DNA of 64,000 bases from contig OZ176053.1 in the NCBI GenBank assembly GCA_964247055.1, forward strand, positions 14,133,899 through 14,197,898. Reading direction: 5' to 3'. The number at the start of each line of letters is the position of its first letter. The stretch's first letter is position 1. A program made the position numbers and the translations under genes. Shown piece by piece: positions 30,701 through 45,500 of the stretch. The DNA comes from Paragordius varius (Eukaryota; Animalia; Nematomorpha). Below the pieces are notes generated by a model. The model had not been told where the DNA came from. It searched no databases and saw only the letters and a program-made list of their open reading frames with translations.

Positions 30701-33501
30701 CCTGATCAAATTTGGATTTTAGGTAGCCATTTTTATTTTTAAAATCGTATAAAATAAATTTTTTAAATATTTAAAAAATTCATAAAAATTACATTTATAC
30801 TCCGATCTCGAAAATATTTGGGGTGATGATGGAACTACCATAGGGCTACCCAAAAAAAATTATAGTGACATCACCTGATCAAATTTGGATTTTAGGTAGC
30901 CATTTTTATTTTTAAAATCGTATAAAATAAATTTTTTAAATATTTAAATATTCATAAAAATTACATTTATAGTCCGATCCCCAAAATATTTGGGGTGATG
31001 ATGGAACAACCATAGGGCTACGCAAAAAAAATTATGGCGACATCACCTGATCAAATTTGGATTTTAGGTAGCCATTTTTATTTTTAAAATCGTATAAAAT
31101 AAATTTTTTAAATATTTAAAAAATTCAAAAAAATTACATTTATACTCCGATCTCGACAATATTTGGGGTGATGATGGAACTACCATAGGGCTACCCAAAA
31201 AAAATTATGGTGACATCACCTGATCAAATTTACATTTTAGGTAGCCATTTTTATTTTTAAAATCGTATAAAATAAATTTTTTAAATATTTACAAAATTCA
31301 TAAAAATTACATTTATACTCCGATCTCGAAAATATTTGGGGTGATGATGGAACTACCATAGGGCTACCCAAAAAAAATTATAGTGACATCACCTGATCAA
31401 ATTTGGATTTTAGGTAGCCATTTTTATTTTTAAAATCGTATAAAATAAATTTTTTAAATATTAAAAAAATTCATAAAAATTACATTTATAGTCCGATCCC
31501 CAAAATATTTGAAATGATGATGGAACAACCATAGGGCTACGCAAAAAAAATTATGGCGACATCACCTGATCAAATTTGGATTTTAGGTAGCCATTTTTAT
31601 TTTTAAAATCGTATAAAATAAATTTTTTAAATATTTAAAAAATTCATAAAAATTACATTTATACTCCGTCGAAAATATTTGGGGTGATGATGGAACTACC
31701 ATAGGGCTACCCAAAAAAAATTATAGTGACATCACCTGATCAAATTTGGATTTTAGGTAGCTATTTTTATTTTTAAAATCGTATAAAATAAATTTTTTAA
31801 ATATTTAAAAAATTCATAAAAATTACATTTATAGTCCGATCCCCAAAATATTTGGGGTGATGATGGAATTACCATAGGGCTACCCAAAAAAAATTATAGT
31901 GACATCACCTGATCAAATTTGGATTTTAGGTAGCCATTTTTATTTTTAAAATCGTATAAAATAAATTTTTTAAATATTTAAAAAATTCATAAAAATTACA
32001 TTTATAGTCCGATCCCCAAAATATTTGAGGTGATGATGGAACAACCATAGGGCTACGCAAAAAAAATTATGGCGACATCACCTGATCAAATTTGGATTTT
32101 AGGTAGCCATTTTTATTTTTAAAATCGTATAAAATAAATTTTTTAAATATTTAAATATTCATAAAAATTACATTTATAGTCCGATCCCCAAAATATTTGG
32201 GGTGATGATGGAACAACCATAGGGCTACGCAAAAAAAATTATGGCGACATCACCTGATCAAATTTGGATTTTAGGTAGCCATTTTTATTTTTAAAATCGT
32301 ATAAAATAAATTTTTTAAATATTTAAAAAATTCAAAAAAATTACATTTATACTCCGATCTCGACAATATTTGGGGTGATGATGGAACTACCATAGGGCTA
32401 CCCAAAAAAAATTATGGTGACATCACCTGATCAAATTTAGATTTTAGGTAGCCATTTTTATTTTTAAAATCGTATAAAATAAATTTTTTAAATATTTACA
32501 AAATTCATAAAAATTACATTTATACTCCGATCTCGAAAATATTTGGGGTGATGATGGAACTACCATAGGGCTACCCAAAAAAAAATTATAGTGACATCAC
32601 CTGATCAAATTTGGATTTTAGGTAGCCATTTTTATTTTTAAAATCGTATAAAATAAATTTTTTAAATATTTAAAAAATTCATAAAAATTACATTTATAGT
32701 CCGATCCCCAAAATATTTGAGGTGATGATGGAACAACCATAGGGCTACGCAAAAAAAATTATGGCGACATCACCTGATCAAATTTGGATTTTAGGTAGCC
32801 ATTTTTATTTTTAAAATCGTATAAAATAAATTTTTTAAATATTTAAAAAATTCAAAAAAATTACATTTATACTCCGATCTCGAAAATATTTGGGGTGATG
32901 ATGGAACTACCATAGGGCTACCCAAAAAAAATTATGGCGACATCACCTGATCAAATTTGGATTTTAGGTAGCCATTTTTATTTTTAAAATCGTATAAAAT
33001 AAATTTTTTAAATATTTAAAAAATTCATAAAAATTACATTTATACTCCGATCTCGAAAATATTTGGGGTGATGATGGAACTACCATAGGGCTACCCAAAA
33101 AAAATTATAGTGACATCACCTGATCAAATTTGGATTTTAGGTAGCCATTTTTATTTTTAAAATCGTATAAAATAAATTTTTTAAATATTTAAAAAATTCA
33201 TAAAAATTACATTTATACTCCGATCTCGAAAATATTTGGGGTGATGATGGAATTACCATAGGGCTACCCAAAAAAAATTATGGTGACATCACCTGATCAA
33301 ATTTGGATTTTAGGTAGCCATTTTTATTTTTAATATCGTATAAAATAAATTTTTTAAATATTTAAAAAATTCATAAAAATTACATTTATAGTCCGATCCC
33401 CAAAATATTTGAGGTGATGATGGAACAACCATAGGGCTACAAAAATTATGGCGACATCACCTGATCAAATTTAGATTTTAGGTAGCCAGTTTTATTTTTA
33501 A

Positions 33502-36500
33502 AATCGTATAAAATAAATTTTTTAAATATTTAAAAAATTCAAAAAAATTACATTTATACTTCGATCTCGAAAATATTTGGGGTGATGGAACTACCATAGG
33601 GATACGCAAAAAAAATTATGGTGACATCACCTGATCAAATTTGGATTTTAGGTAGCCATTTTTATTTTTAAAATCGTATAAAATAAATTTTTTAAATATT
33701 TAAAAAATTCAAAAAAATTACATTTATACTCCGATCTCGAAAATATTTGGGGTAATGATGGAACTACCATAGGGCTACCCAAAAAAAATTATGGTGACAT
33801 CACCTGATCAAATTTGGATTTTAGGTAGCCATTTTTATTTTTAAAATCGTATAAAATAAATTTTTTAAATATTTAAAAAATTCATAAAAATTACATATAT
33901 ACTCCGATCTCGAAAATATTTGGGGTGATGATGGAACTACCATAGGGCTACCCAAAAAAATTATGGTGACATCACCTGATCAAATTTGGATTTTAGGTAG
34001 CCATTTTTATTTTTAATATCGTATAAAATAAATTTTTTAAATATTTAAAAAATTCATAAAAATTACATTTATAGTCCGATCCCCAAAATATTTGAGGTGA
34101 TGATGGAACAACCATAGGGCTACGCAAAAAAAATTATAACGACATCACCTGATCAAATTTGGATTTTAGGTAGCCATTTTTATTTTTAAAATCGTATAAA
34201 ATAAATTTTTAAATATTTAAAAAATTCAAAAAAATTACATTTATACTCCGATCTCGAAAATATTTGGGGTGATGATGGAACTACCATAGGGCTACCCAAA
34301 AAAAATTATGGGGACACCACCTGATCAAATTTGGATTTTAGGTAGCCATTTTTATTTTTAAAATCGTATAAAATAAATTTTTTAAATATTTAAAAAATTC
34401 ATAAAAATTACATTTATACTCCGATCTCGAAAATATTTGGGGTGATGATGGAACTACCATAGGGCTACCCAAAAAAAATTATAGTGACATCACCTGATCA
34501 AATTTGGATTTTAGGTAGCCATTTTTATTTTTAAAATCGTATAAAATAAATTTTTTAAATATTTAAAAAATTCATAAAAATTACATTTATAGTCCGATCT
34601 CGACAATATTTGGGGTGATGATGGAACTACCATAGGGCTACCCAAAAAAAATTATAGTGACATCACCTGATCAAATTTGGATTTTAGGTAGCCATTTTTA
34701 TTTTTAAAATCGTATAAAATAAATTTTTTAAATATTTAAATATTCATAAAAATTACATTTATAGTCCGATCCCCAAAATATTTGGGGTGATGATGGAACA
34801 ACCATAGGGCTACGCAAAAAAAATTATGGCGACATCCCCTGATCAAATTTGGATTTTAGGTAGCCATTTTTATTTTTAAAATCGTATAAAATAAATTTTT
34901 TAAATATTTAAAAAATTCAAAAAAATTACATTTATACTCCGATCTCGAAAATATTTGGGGTGATGATGGAACTACCATAGGGCTACCCAAAAAAAATTAT
35001 GGCGACATCACCTGATCAAATTTTTTAGGTAGCCATTTTTATTTTTAAAATCGTATAAAATAAATTTTTTAAATGTTTAAAAAATTCATAAAAATTACAT
35101 TTATAGTCCGATCCCCAAAATATTTGGGGTGATGATGGAATTACCATAGGGCTACCCAAAAAAAATTATGGTGACATCACCTGATCAAATTTGGATTTTA
35201 GGTAGCCATTTTTATTTTTAAAATCGTATAAAATAAATTTTTTTATTTAAAAAATTCATAAAAATTACATTTATACTCCGATCTCGAAAATATTTGGGGT
35301 GATGATGGAACTACCATAGGGCTACCTAAAAAAAATTATAGTGACATCACCTGATCAAATTTGGATTTTAGGTAACCATTTTTATTTTTAATATCGTATA
35401 AAATAAATTTTTTAAATATTTAAAAAATTCATAAAAATTACATTTATAGTCCGATCCCCAAAATATTTGGGGTGATGATGGAACTACCATAGGGCTACCC
35501 AAAAAAAATTATAGTGACATCACCTGATCAAATTTGGATTTTAGGTAGCCATTTTTATTTTTAAAATCGTATAAAATAAATTTTTTAAATATTTAAAAAA
35601 TTCATAAAAATTACATTTATAGTCCGATCCCCAAAATATTTGGGGTGATGATGGAACTACCATAGGGCTACCCAAAAAAAATTATGGTGACATCACCTGA
35701 TTAAATTTGGATTTTAGGTAGCCATTTTTATTTTTAAAATCGTATAAAATAAATTTTTTAAATATTTAAAAAATTCATAAAAATTACATTTATAGTCCGA
35801 TCCCCAAAATATTTGGGGTGATGATGGAACAACCATAGGGCTACGCAAAAAAAATTATGGCGACATCACCTGATCAAATTTGGATTTTAGGTAGCCATTT
35901 TTATTTTTAAAATCGTATAAAATAAATTTTTTAAATATTGAAAAAATTCAAAATAATTACATTTATACTCCGATCTCGAAAATATTTGGGGTGATGATGG
36001 AACTGCCATAGGGCTACCCAAAAAAAATTATAGTGACATCACCTGATCAAATTTGGATTTTAGGTAACCATTTTTATTTTTAATATCATATAAAATAAAT
36101 TTTTTAAATATTTAAAAAATTCATAAAAATTACATTTATAGTCCGATCCCCAAAATATTTGGGGTAATGATGGAACTACCATAGGGCTACCCAAAAAAAT
36201 TTATGGTGACATCACCTGATCAAATTTGGATTTTAGGTAGCCATTTTTATTTTTAAAATTGTATAAAATAAATTTTTTAAATATTTAAAAAATTCATAAA
36301 AGTTACATTTATAGTCCGATCCCCAAAATATTTGTGGTGATGATGGAACTACCATAGGGCTACCCAAAAAAAATTATGGTGACATCACCTGATCAAATTT
36401 GGATTTTAGGTAGCCATTTTTATTTTTAAAATCGTATAAAATAAATTTTTTAAATATTTAAAAAATTCAAAAAAATTACATTTATACTCCGATCTCGACA

Positions 36501-39500
36501 ATATTTGGGGTGATGATGGAATTACCATAGGGCTACCCAAAAAAAATTATGGTGACATCACCTGATCAAATTTGGATTTTAGGTAGCCATTTTTATTTTT
36601 AAAATCGTATAAAATAAATTTTTTAAATATTTAAAAAATTCATAAAAATTACATTTATAGTCCGATCCCCAAAATATTTGGGGTGATGATGGAACAACCA
36701 TAGGGCTACGCAAAAAAAATTATGGCGACATCACCTGATCGAATTTGGATTTTAGGTAGCCATTTTTATTTTTAAAATCGTATAAAATAAATTTTTTAAA
36801 TATTGAAAAAATTCAAAATAATTACATTTATACTCCGATCTCGAAAATATTTGGGGTGATGATGGAACTGCCATAGGGCTACCCAAAAAAAATTATAGTG
36901 ACATCACCTGATCAAATTTGGATTTTAGGTAACCATTTTTATTTTTAATATCGTATAAAATAAATTTTTTAAATATTTAAAAAATTCATAAAAATTACAT
37001 TTATAGTCCGATCCCCAAAATATTTGGGGTAATGATGGAACTACCATAGGGCTACCCAAAAAAAATTATAGTGACATCACCTGATCAAATTTGGATTTTA
37101 GGTAGCCATTTTTATTTTTAAAATCGTATAAAATAAATTTTTTAAATATTTAAAAAATTCATAAAAATTACATTTATACTCCGATCCCCAAAATATTTGG
37201 GGTGATGATGGAATTACCATAGGGCTACCCAAAAAAAATTATGGTGACATCACCTGATCAAATTTGGATTTTAGGTAGCCATTTTTATTTTTAAAATCGT
37301 ATAAAATAAATTTTTTAAATATTTAAAAAATTCATTAAAATTACATTTATACTCCGATCTCGAAAATATTTGGGGTGATGATGGAACTACCATAGGGCTA
37401 CCCAAAAAAAATTATAGTGACATCACCTGATCAAATTTGGATTTTAGGTAGCCATTTTTATTTTTAAAATCGTATAAAATAAATTTTTTAAATATTTAAA
37501 AAATTCATAAAAATTACATTTATAGTCCGATCCCCAAAATATTTGGGGTGATGATGGAACTACCATAGGGCTACCCAAAAAAAATTATAGTGACATCACC
37601 TGATCAAATTTGGATTTTAGGTAGCCATTTTTATTTTTAAAATCGTATAAAATAAATTTTTTAAATATTTAAAAAATTCAAAAAAATTACATTTATACTC
37701 CGATCTCGAAAATATTTGGGATGATGATGGAACTACCATAGGGCTACCCAAAAAAATTTATGGTGACATCACCTGATCAAATTTGGATTTTAGGTAGCCA
37801 TTTTTATTTTTAAAATTGTATAAAATAAATTTTTTAAATATTTAAAAAATTCATAAAAGTTACATTTATAGTCCGATCCCCAAAATATTTGTGGTGATGA
37901 TGGAACTACCATAGGGCTACCCAAAAAAAATTATGGTAACATCACCTGATCAAATTTGGATTTTAGGTAGCCATTTTTATTTTTAAGATCGTATAAAATA
38001 AATTTTTTAAATATTTAAAAAATTCAAAAAAATTACATTTATACTCCGATCTCGACAATATTTGGGGTGATGATGGAATTACCATAGGGCTACCCAAAAA
38101 AAATTATGGTGACATCACCTGATCAAATTTGAATTTTAGGTAGCCATTTTTATTTTTAAAATCGTATAAAATAAATTTTTTAAATATTTAAAAAATTCAT
38201 AAAAATTACATTTATAGTCCGATCCCCAAAATATTTGGGGTGATGATGGAACTACCATAGGGCTACCCAAAAAAAATTATAGTGACATCACCTGATCAAA
38301 TTTGGATTTTAGGTAGCCATTTTTATTTTTAAAATCGTATAAAATAAATTTTTTAAATATTTAAAAAATTCATAAAAATTTTATACTCCGATCTCGAAAA
38401 TATTTGGGGTGATGATGGAACTACCATAGGGCTACCCAAAAAAAATTATAGTGACATCACCTGATCAAATTTGGATTTTAGGTAGCCATTTTTATTTTTA
38501 AAATCGTATAAAATAAATTTTTTAAATATTTAAAAAATTCATAAAAATTACATTTATAGTCCGATCCCCAAAATATTTGGGGTGATGATGGAACTACCAT
38601 AGGGCTACCCAAAAAAAATTATGGTGACATCACCTGATCAAATTTGGATTTTAGGTAGCCATTTTTATTTTTAAAATCGTATAAAATAAATTTTTTAAAT
38701 ATTTAAAAAATTCATAAAAATTTTATACTCCGATCTCGAAAATATTTGGGGTGATGATGGAACTACCATAGGGCTACCCAAAAAAAATTATAGTGACATC
38801 ACCTGATCAAATTTGGATTTTAGGTAGCCATTTTTATTTTTAAAATCGTATAAAATAAATTTTTTAAATATTTAAAAAATTCATAAAAATTACATTTATA
38901 GTCCGATCCCCAAAATATTTGGGGTGATGATGGAACTACCATAGGGCTACCCAAAAAAAATTATAGTTACATCACCTGATCAAATTTGGATTTTAGGTAG
39001 CCATTTTTATTTTTAAAATCGTATAAAATAAATTTTTTAAATATTTAAAAAATTCATAAAAATTACATTTATACTCCGATCTCGAAAATATTTGGGGTGA
39101 TGATGGAACTACCATAGGGCTACCCAAAAAAAATTATGGTGACATCACCTGATTAAATTTGGATTTTAGGTAGCCATTTTTATTTTTAAAATCGTATAAA
39201 ATAAATTTTTTAAATATTTAAAAAATTCATAAAAATTACATTTATAGTCCGATCCCCAAAATATTTGGGGTGATGATGGAACAACCATAGGGCTACGCAA
39301 AAAAAATTATGGCGACATCACCTGATCAAATTTGGATTTTAGGTAGCCATTTTTATTTTTAAAATCGTATAAAATAAATTTTTTAAATATTGAAAAAATT
39401 CAAAATAATTACATTTATACTCCGATCTCGAAAATATTTGGGGTGATGATGGAACTACCATAGGGCTACCCAAAAAAAATTATGGCGACATCACCTGATC

Positions 39501-42500
39501 AAATTTGGATTTTAGGTAGCCATTTTTATTTTTAAAATCGTATAAAATAAATTTTTTAAATGTTTAAAAAATTCATAAAAATTACATTTATACTCCGATC
39601 TCGAAAATATTTGGGGTGATGATGGAACTGCCATAGGGCTACCCAAAAAAAATTATAGTGACATCACCTGATCAAATTTGGATTTTAGGTAACCATTTTT
39701 ATTTTTAATATCGTATAAAATAAATTTTTTAAATATTTAAAAAATTCATAAAAATTACATTTATAGTCCGATCCCCAAAATATTTGGGGTAATGATGGAA
39801 CTACCATAGGGCTACCCAAAAAAAATTATAGTGACATCACCTGATCAAATTTGGATTTTAGGTAGCCATTTTTATTTTTAAAATCGTATAAAATAAATTT
39901 TTTAAATATTTAAAAAATTCATAAAAATTACATTTATACTCCGATCCCCAAAATATTTGGGGTGATGATGGAACTACCATAGGGCTACCCAAAAAAAATT
40001 ATGGTGACATCACCTGATCAAATTTGGATTTTAGGTAGCCATTTTTATTTTTAAAATCGTATAAAATAAATTTTTTAAATATTTAAAAAATTCATTAAAA
40101 TTACATTTATACTCCGATCTCGAAAATATTTGGGGTGATGATGGAACTACCATAGGGCTACCCAAAAAAAATTATAGTGACATCACCTGATCAAATTTGG
40201 ATTTTAGGTAGCCATTTTTATTTTTAAAATCGTATAAAATAAATTTTTTAAATATTTAAAAAATTCATAAAAATTACATTTATAGTCCGATCCCCAAAAT
40301 ATTTGGGGTGATGATGGAACTACCATAGGGCTACCCAAAAAAATTTATAGTGACATCACCTGATCAAATTTGGATTTTAGGTAGCCATTTTTATTTTTAA
40401 AATCGTATAAAATAAATTTTTTAAATATTTAAAAAATTCAAAAAAATTACATTTATACTCCGATCTCGAAAATATTTGGGATGATGATGGAACTACCATA
40501 GGGCTACCCAAAAAAATTTATGGTGACATCACCTGATCAAATTTGGATTTTAGGTAGCCATTTTTATTTTTAAAATTGTATAAAATAAATTTTTTAAATA
40601 TTTAAAAAATTCAAAAAAATTACATTTATACTCCGATCTCGAAAATATTTGGGGTGATGGAACTACCATAGGGATACGCAAAAAAAATTATGGTGACATC
40701 ACCTGATCAAATTTGGATTTTAGGTAGCCATTTTTATTTTTAAAATCGTATAAAATAAATTTTTTAAATATTTAAAAAATTCAAAAAAATTACATTTATA
40801 CTCCGATCTCGAAAATATTTGGGGTAATGATGGAACTACCATAGGGCTACCCAAAAAAAATTATGGTGACATCACCTGATCAAATTTGGATTTTAGGTAG
40901 CCATTTTTATTTTTAAAATCGTATAAAATAAATTTTTTAAATATTTAAAAAATTCATAAAAATTACATATATACTCCGATCTCGAAAATATTTGGGGTGA
41001 TGATGGAACTACCATAGGGCTACCCAAAAAAATTATGGTGACATCACCTGATCAAATTTGGATTTTAGGTAGCCATTTTTATTTTTAATATCGTATAAAA
41101 TAAATTTTTTAAATATTTAAAAAATTCATAAAAATTACATTTATAGTCCGATCCCCAAAATATTTGAGGTGATGATGGAACAACCATAGGGCTACGCAAA
41201 AAAAATTATAACGACATCACCTGATCAAATTTGGATTTTAGGTAGCCATTTTTATTTTTAAAATCGTATAAAATAAATTTTTAAATATTTAAAAAATTCA
41301 AAAAAATTACATTTATACTCCGATCTCGAAAATATTTGGGGTGATGATGGAACTACCATAGAACTACCCAAAAAAAATTATGGGGACACCACCTGATCAA
41401 ATTTGGATTTTAGGTAGCCATTTTTATTTTTAAAATCGTATAAAATAAATTTTTTAAATATTTAAAAAATTCATAAAAATTACATTTATACTCCGATCTC
41501 GAAAATATTTGGGGTGATGATGGAACTACCATAGGGCTACCCAAAAAAAATTATAGTGACATCACCTGATCAAATTTGGATTTTAGGTAGCCATTTTTAT
41601 TTTTAAAATCGTATAAAATAAATTTTTTAAATATTTAAATATTCATAAAAATTACATTTATAGTCCGATCCCCAAAATATTTGGGGTGATGATGGAACAA
41701 CCATAGGGCTACGCAAAAAAAATTATGGCGACATCCCCTGATCAAATTTGGATTTTAGGTAGCCATTTTTATTTTTAAAATCGTATAAAATAAATTTTTT
41801 AAATATTTAAAAAATTCAAAAAAATTACATTTATACTCCGATCTCGAAAATATTTGGGGTGATGATGGAACTACCATAGGGCTACCCAAAAAAAATTATG
41901 GCGACATCACCTGATCAAATTTTTTAGGTAGCCATTTTTATTTTTAAAATCGTATAAAATAAATTTTTTAAATGTTTAAAAAATTCATAAAAATTACATT
42001 TATGGTCCGATCCCCAAAATATTTGGGGTGATGATGGAATTACCATAGGGCTACCCAAAAAAAATTATGGTGACATCACCTGATCAAATTTGGATTTTAG
42101 GTAGCCATTTTTATTTTTAAAATCGTATAAAATAAATTTTTTTATTTAAAAAATTCATAAAAATTACATTTATACTCCGATCTCGAAAATATTTGGGGTG
42201 ATGATGGAACTACCATAGGGCTACCTAAAAAAAATTATAGTGACATCACCTGATCAAATTTGGATTTTAGGTAACCATTTTTATTTTTAATATCGTATAA
42301 AATAAATTTTTTAAATATTTAAAAAATTCATAAAAATTACATTTATAGTCCGATCCCCAAAATATTTGGGGTGATGATGGAACTACCATAGGGCTACCCA
42401 AAAAAAATTATAGTGACATCACCTGATCAAATTTGGATTTTAGGTAGCCATTTTTATTTTTAAAATCGTATAAAATAAATTTTTTAAATATTTAAAAAAT

Positions 42501-45500
42501 TCATAAAAATTACATTTATAGTCCGATCCCCAAAATATTTGGGGTGATGATGGAACTACCATAGGGCTACCCAAAAAAAATTATGGTGACATCACCTGAT
42601 TAAATTTGGATTTTAGGTAGCCATTTTTATTTTTAAAATCGTATAAAATAAATTTTTTAAATATTTAAAAAATTCATAAAAATTACATTTATAGTCCGAT
42701 CCCCAAAATATTTGGGGTGATGATGGAACAACCATAGGGCTACGCAAAAAAAATTATGGCGACATCACCTGATCAAATTTGGATTTTAGGTAGCCATTTT
42801 TATTTTTAAAATCGTATAAAATAAATTTTTTAAATATTGAAAAAATTCAAAATAATTACATTTATACTCCTATCTCGAAAATATTTGGGGTGATGATGGA
42901 ACTGCCATAGGGCTACCCAAAAAAAATTATAGTGACATCACCTGATCAAATTTGGATTTTAGGTAACCATTTTTATTTTTAATATCGTATAAAATAAATT
43001 TTTTAAATATTTAAAAAATTCATAAAAATTACATTTATAGTCCGATCCCCAAAATATTTGGGGTAATGATGGAACTACCATAGGGCTACCCAAAAAAATT
43101 TATGGTGACATCACCTGATCAAATTTGGATTTTAGGTAGCCATTTTTATTTTTAAAATTGTATAAAATAAATTTTTTAAATATTTAAAAAATTCATAAAA
43201 GTTACATTTATAGTCCGATCCCCAAAATATTTGTGGTGATGATGGAACTACCATAGGGCTACCCAAAAAAAATTATGGTGACATCACCTGATCAAATTTG
43301 GATTTTAGGTAGCCATTTTTATTTTTAAAATCGTATAAAATAAATTTTTTAAATATTTAAAAAATTCAAAAAAATTACATTTATACTCCGATCTCGACAA
43401 TATTTGGGGTGATGATGGAATTACCATAGGGCTACCCAAAAAAAATTATGGTGACATCACCTGATCAAATTTGGATTTTAGGTAGCCATTTTTATTTTTA
43501 AAATCGTATAAAATAAATTTTTTAAATATTTAAAAAATTCATAAAAATTACATTTATAGTCCGATCCCCAAAATATTTGGGGTGATGATGGAACAACCAT
43601 AGGGCTACGCAAAAAAAATTATGGCGACATCACCTGATCAAATTTGGATTTTAGGTAGCCATTTTTATTTTTAAAATCGTATAAAATAAATTTTTTAAAT
43701 ATTGAAAAAATTCAAAATAATTACATTTATACTCCGATCTCGAAAATATTTGGGGTGATGATGGAACTACCATAGGGCTACCCAAAAAAAATTATGGCGA
43801 CATCACCTGATCAAATTTGGATTTTAGGTAGCCATTTTTATTTTTAAAATCGTATAAAATAAATTTTTTAAATGTTTAAAAAATTCATAAAAATTACATT
43901 TATACTCCGATCTCGAAAATATTTGGGGTGATGATGGAACTGCCATAGGGCTACCCAAAAAAAATTATAGTGACATCACCTGATCAAATTTGGATTTTAG
44001 GTAACCATTTTTATTTTTAATATCGTATAAAATAAATTTTTTAAATATTTAAAAAATTCATAAAAATTACATTTATAGTCCGATCCCCAAAATATTTGGG
44101 GTAATGATGGAACTACCATAGGGCTACCCAAAAAAAATTATAGTGACATCACCTGATCAAATTTGGATTTTAGGTACCCATTTTTATTTTTAAAATCGTA
44201 TAAAATAAATTTTTTAAATATTTAAAAAATTCATAAAAATTACATTTATACTCCGATCCCCAAAATATTTGGGGTGATGATGGAATTACCATAGGGCTAC
44301 CCAAAAAAAATTATGGTGACATCACCTGATCAAATTTGGATTTTAGGTAGCCATTTTTATTTTTAAAATCGTATAAAATAAATTTTTTAAATATTTAAAA
44401 AATTCATTAAAATTACATTTATACTCCGATCTCGAAAATATTTGGGGTGATGATGGAACTACCATAGGGCTACCCAAAAAAAATTATAGTGACATCACCT
44501 GATCAAATTTGGATTTTAGGTAGCCATTTTTATTTTTAAAATCGTATAAAATAAATTTTTTAAATATTTAAAAAATTCATAAAAATTACATTTATAGTCC
44601 GATCCCCAAAATATTTGGGGTGATGATGGAACTACCATAGGGCTACCCAAAAAAAATTATAGTGACATCACCTGATCAAATTTGGATTTTAGGTAGCCAT
44701 TTTTATTTTTAAAATCGTATAAAATAAATTTTTTAAATATTTAAAAAATTCAAAAAAATTACATTTATACTCCGATCTCGAAAATATTTGGGATGATGAT
44801 GGAACTACCATAGGGCTACCCAAAAAAATTTATGGTGACATCACCTGATCAAATTTGGATTTTAGGTAGCCATTTTTATTTTTAAAATTGTATAAAATAA
44901 ATTTTTTAAATATTTAAAAAATTCATAAAAGTTACATTTATAGTCCGATCCCCAAAATATTTGTGGTGATGATGGAACTACCATAGGGCTACCCAAAAAA
45001 AATTATGGTAACATCACCTGATCAAATTTGGATTTTAGGTAGCCATTTTTATTTTTAAGATCGTATAAAATAAATTTTTTAAATATTTAAAAAATTCAAA
45101 AAAATTACATTTATACTCCGATCTCGACAATATTTGGGGTGATGATGGAATTACCATAGGGCTACCCAAAAAAAATTATGGTGACATCACCTGATCAAAT
45201 TTGAATTTTAGGTAGCCATTTTTATTTTTAAAATCGTATAAAATAAATTTTTTAAATATTTAAAAAATTCATAAAAATTACATTTATAGTCCGATCCCCA
45301 AAATATTTGGGGTGATGATGGAACTACCATAGGGCTACCCAAAAAAAATTATAGTGACATCACCTGATCAAATTTGGATTTTAGGTAGCCATTTTTATTT
45401 TTAAAATCGTATAAAATAAATTTTTTAAATATTTAAAAAATTCATAAAAATTTTATACTCCGATCTCGAAAATATTTGGGGTGATGATGGAACTACCATA

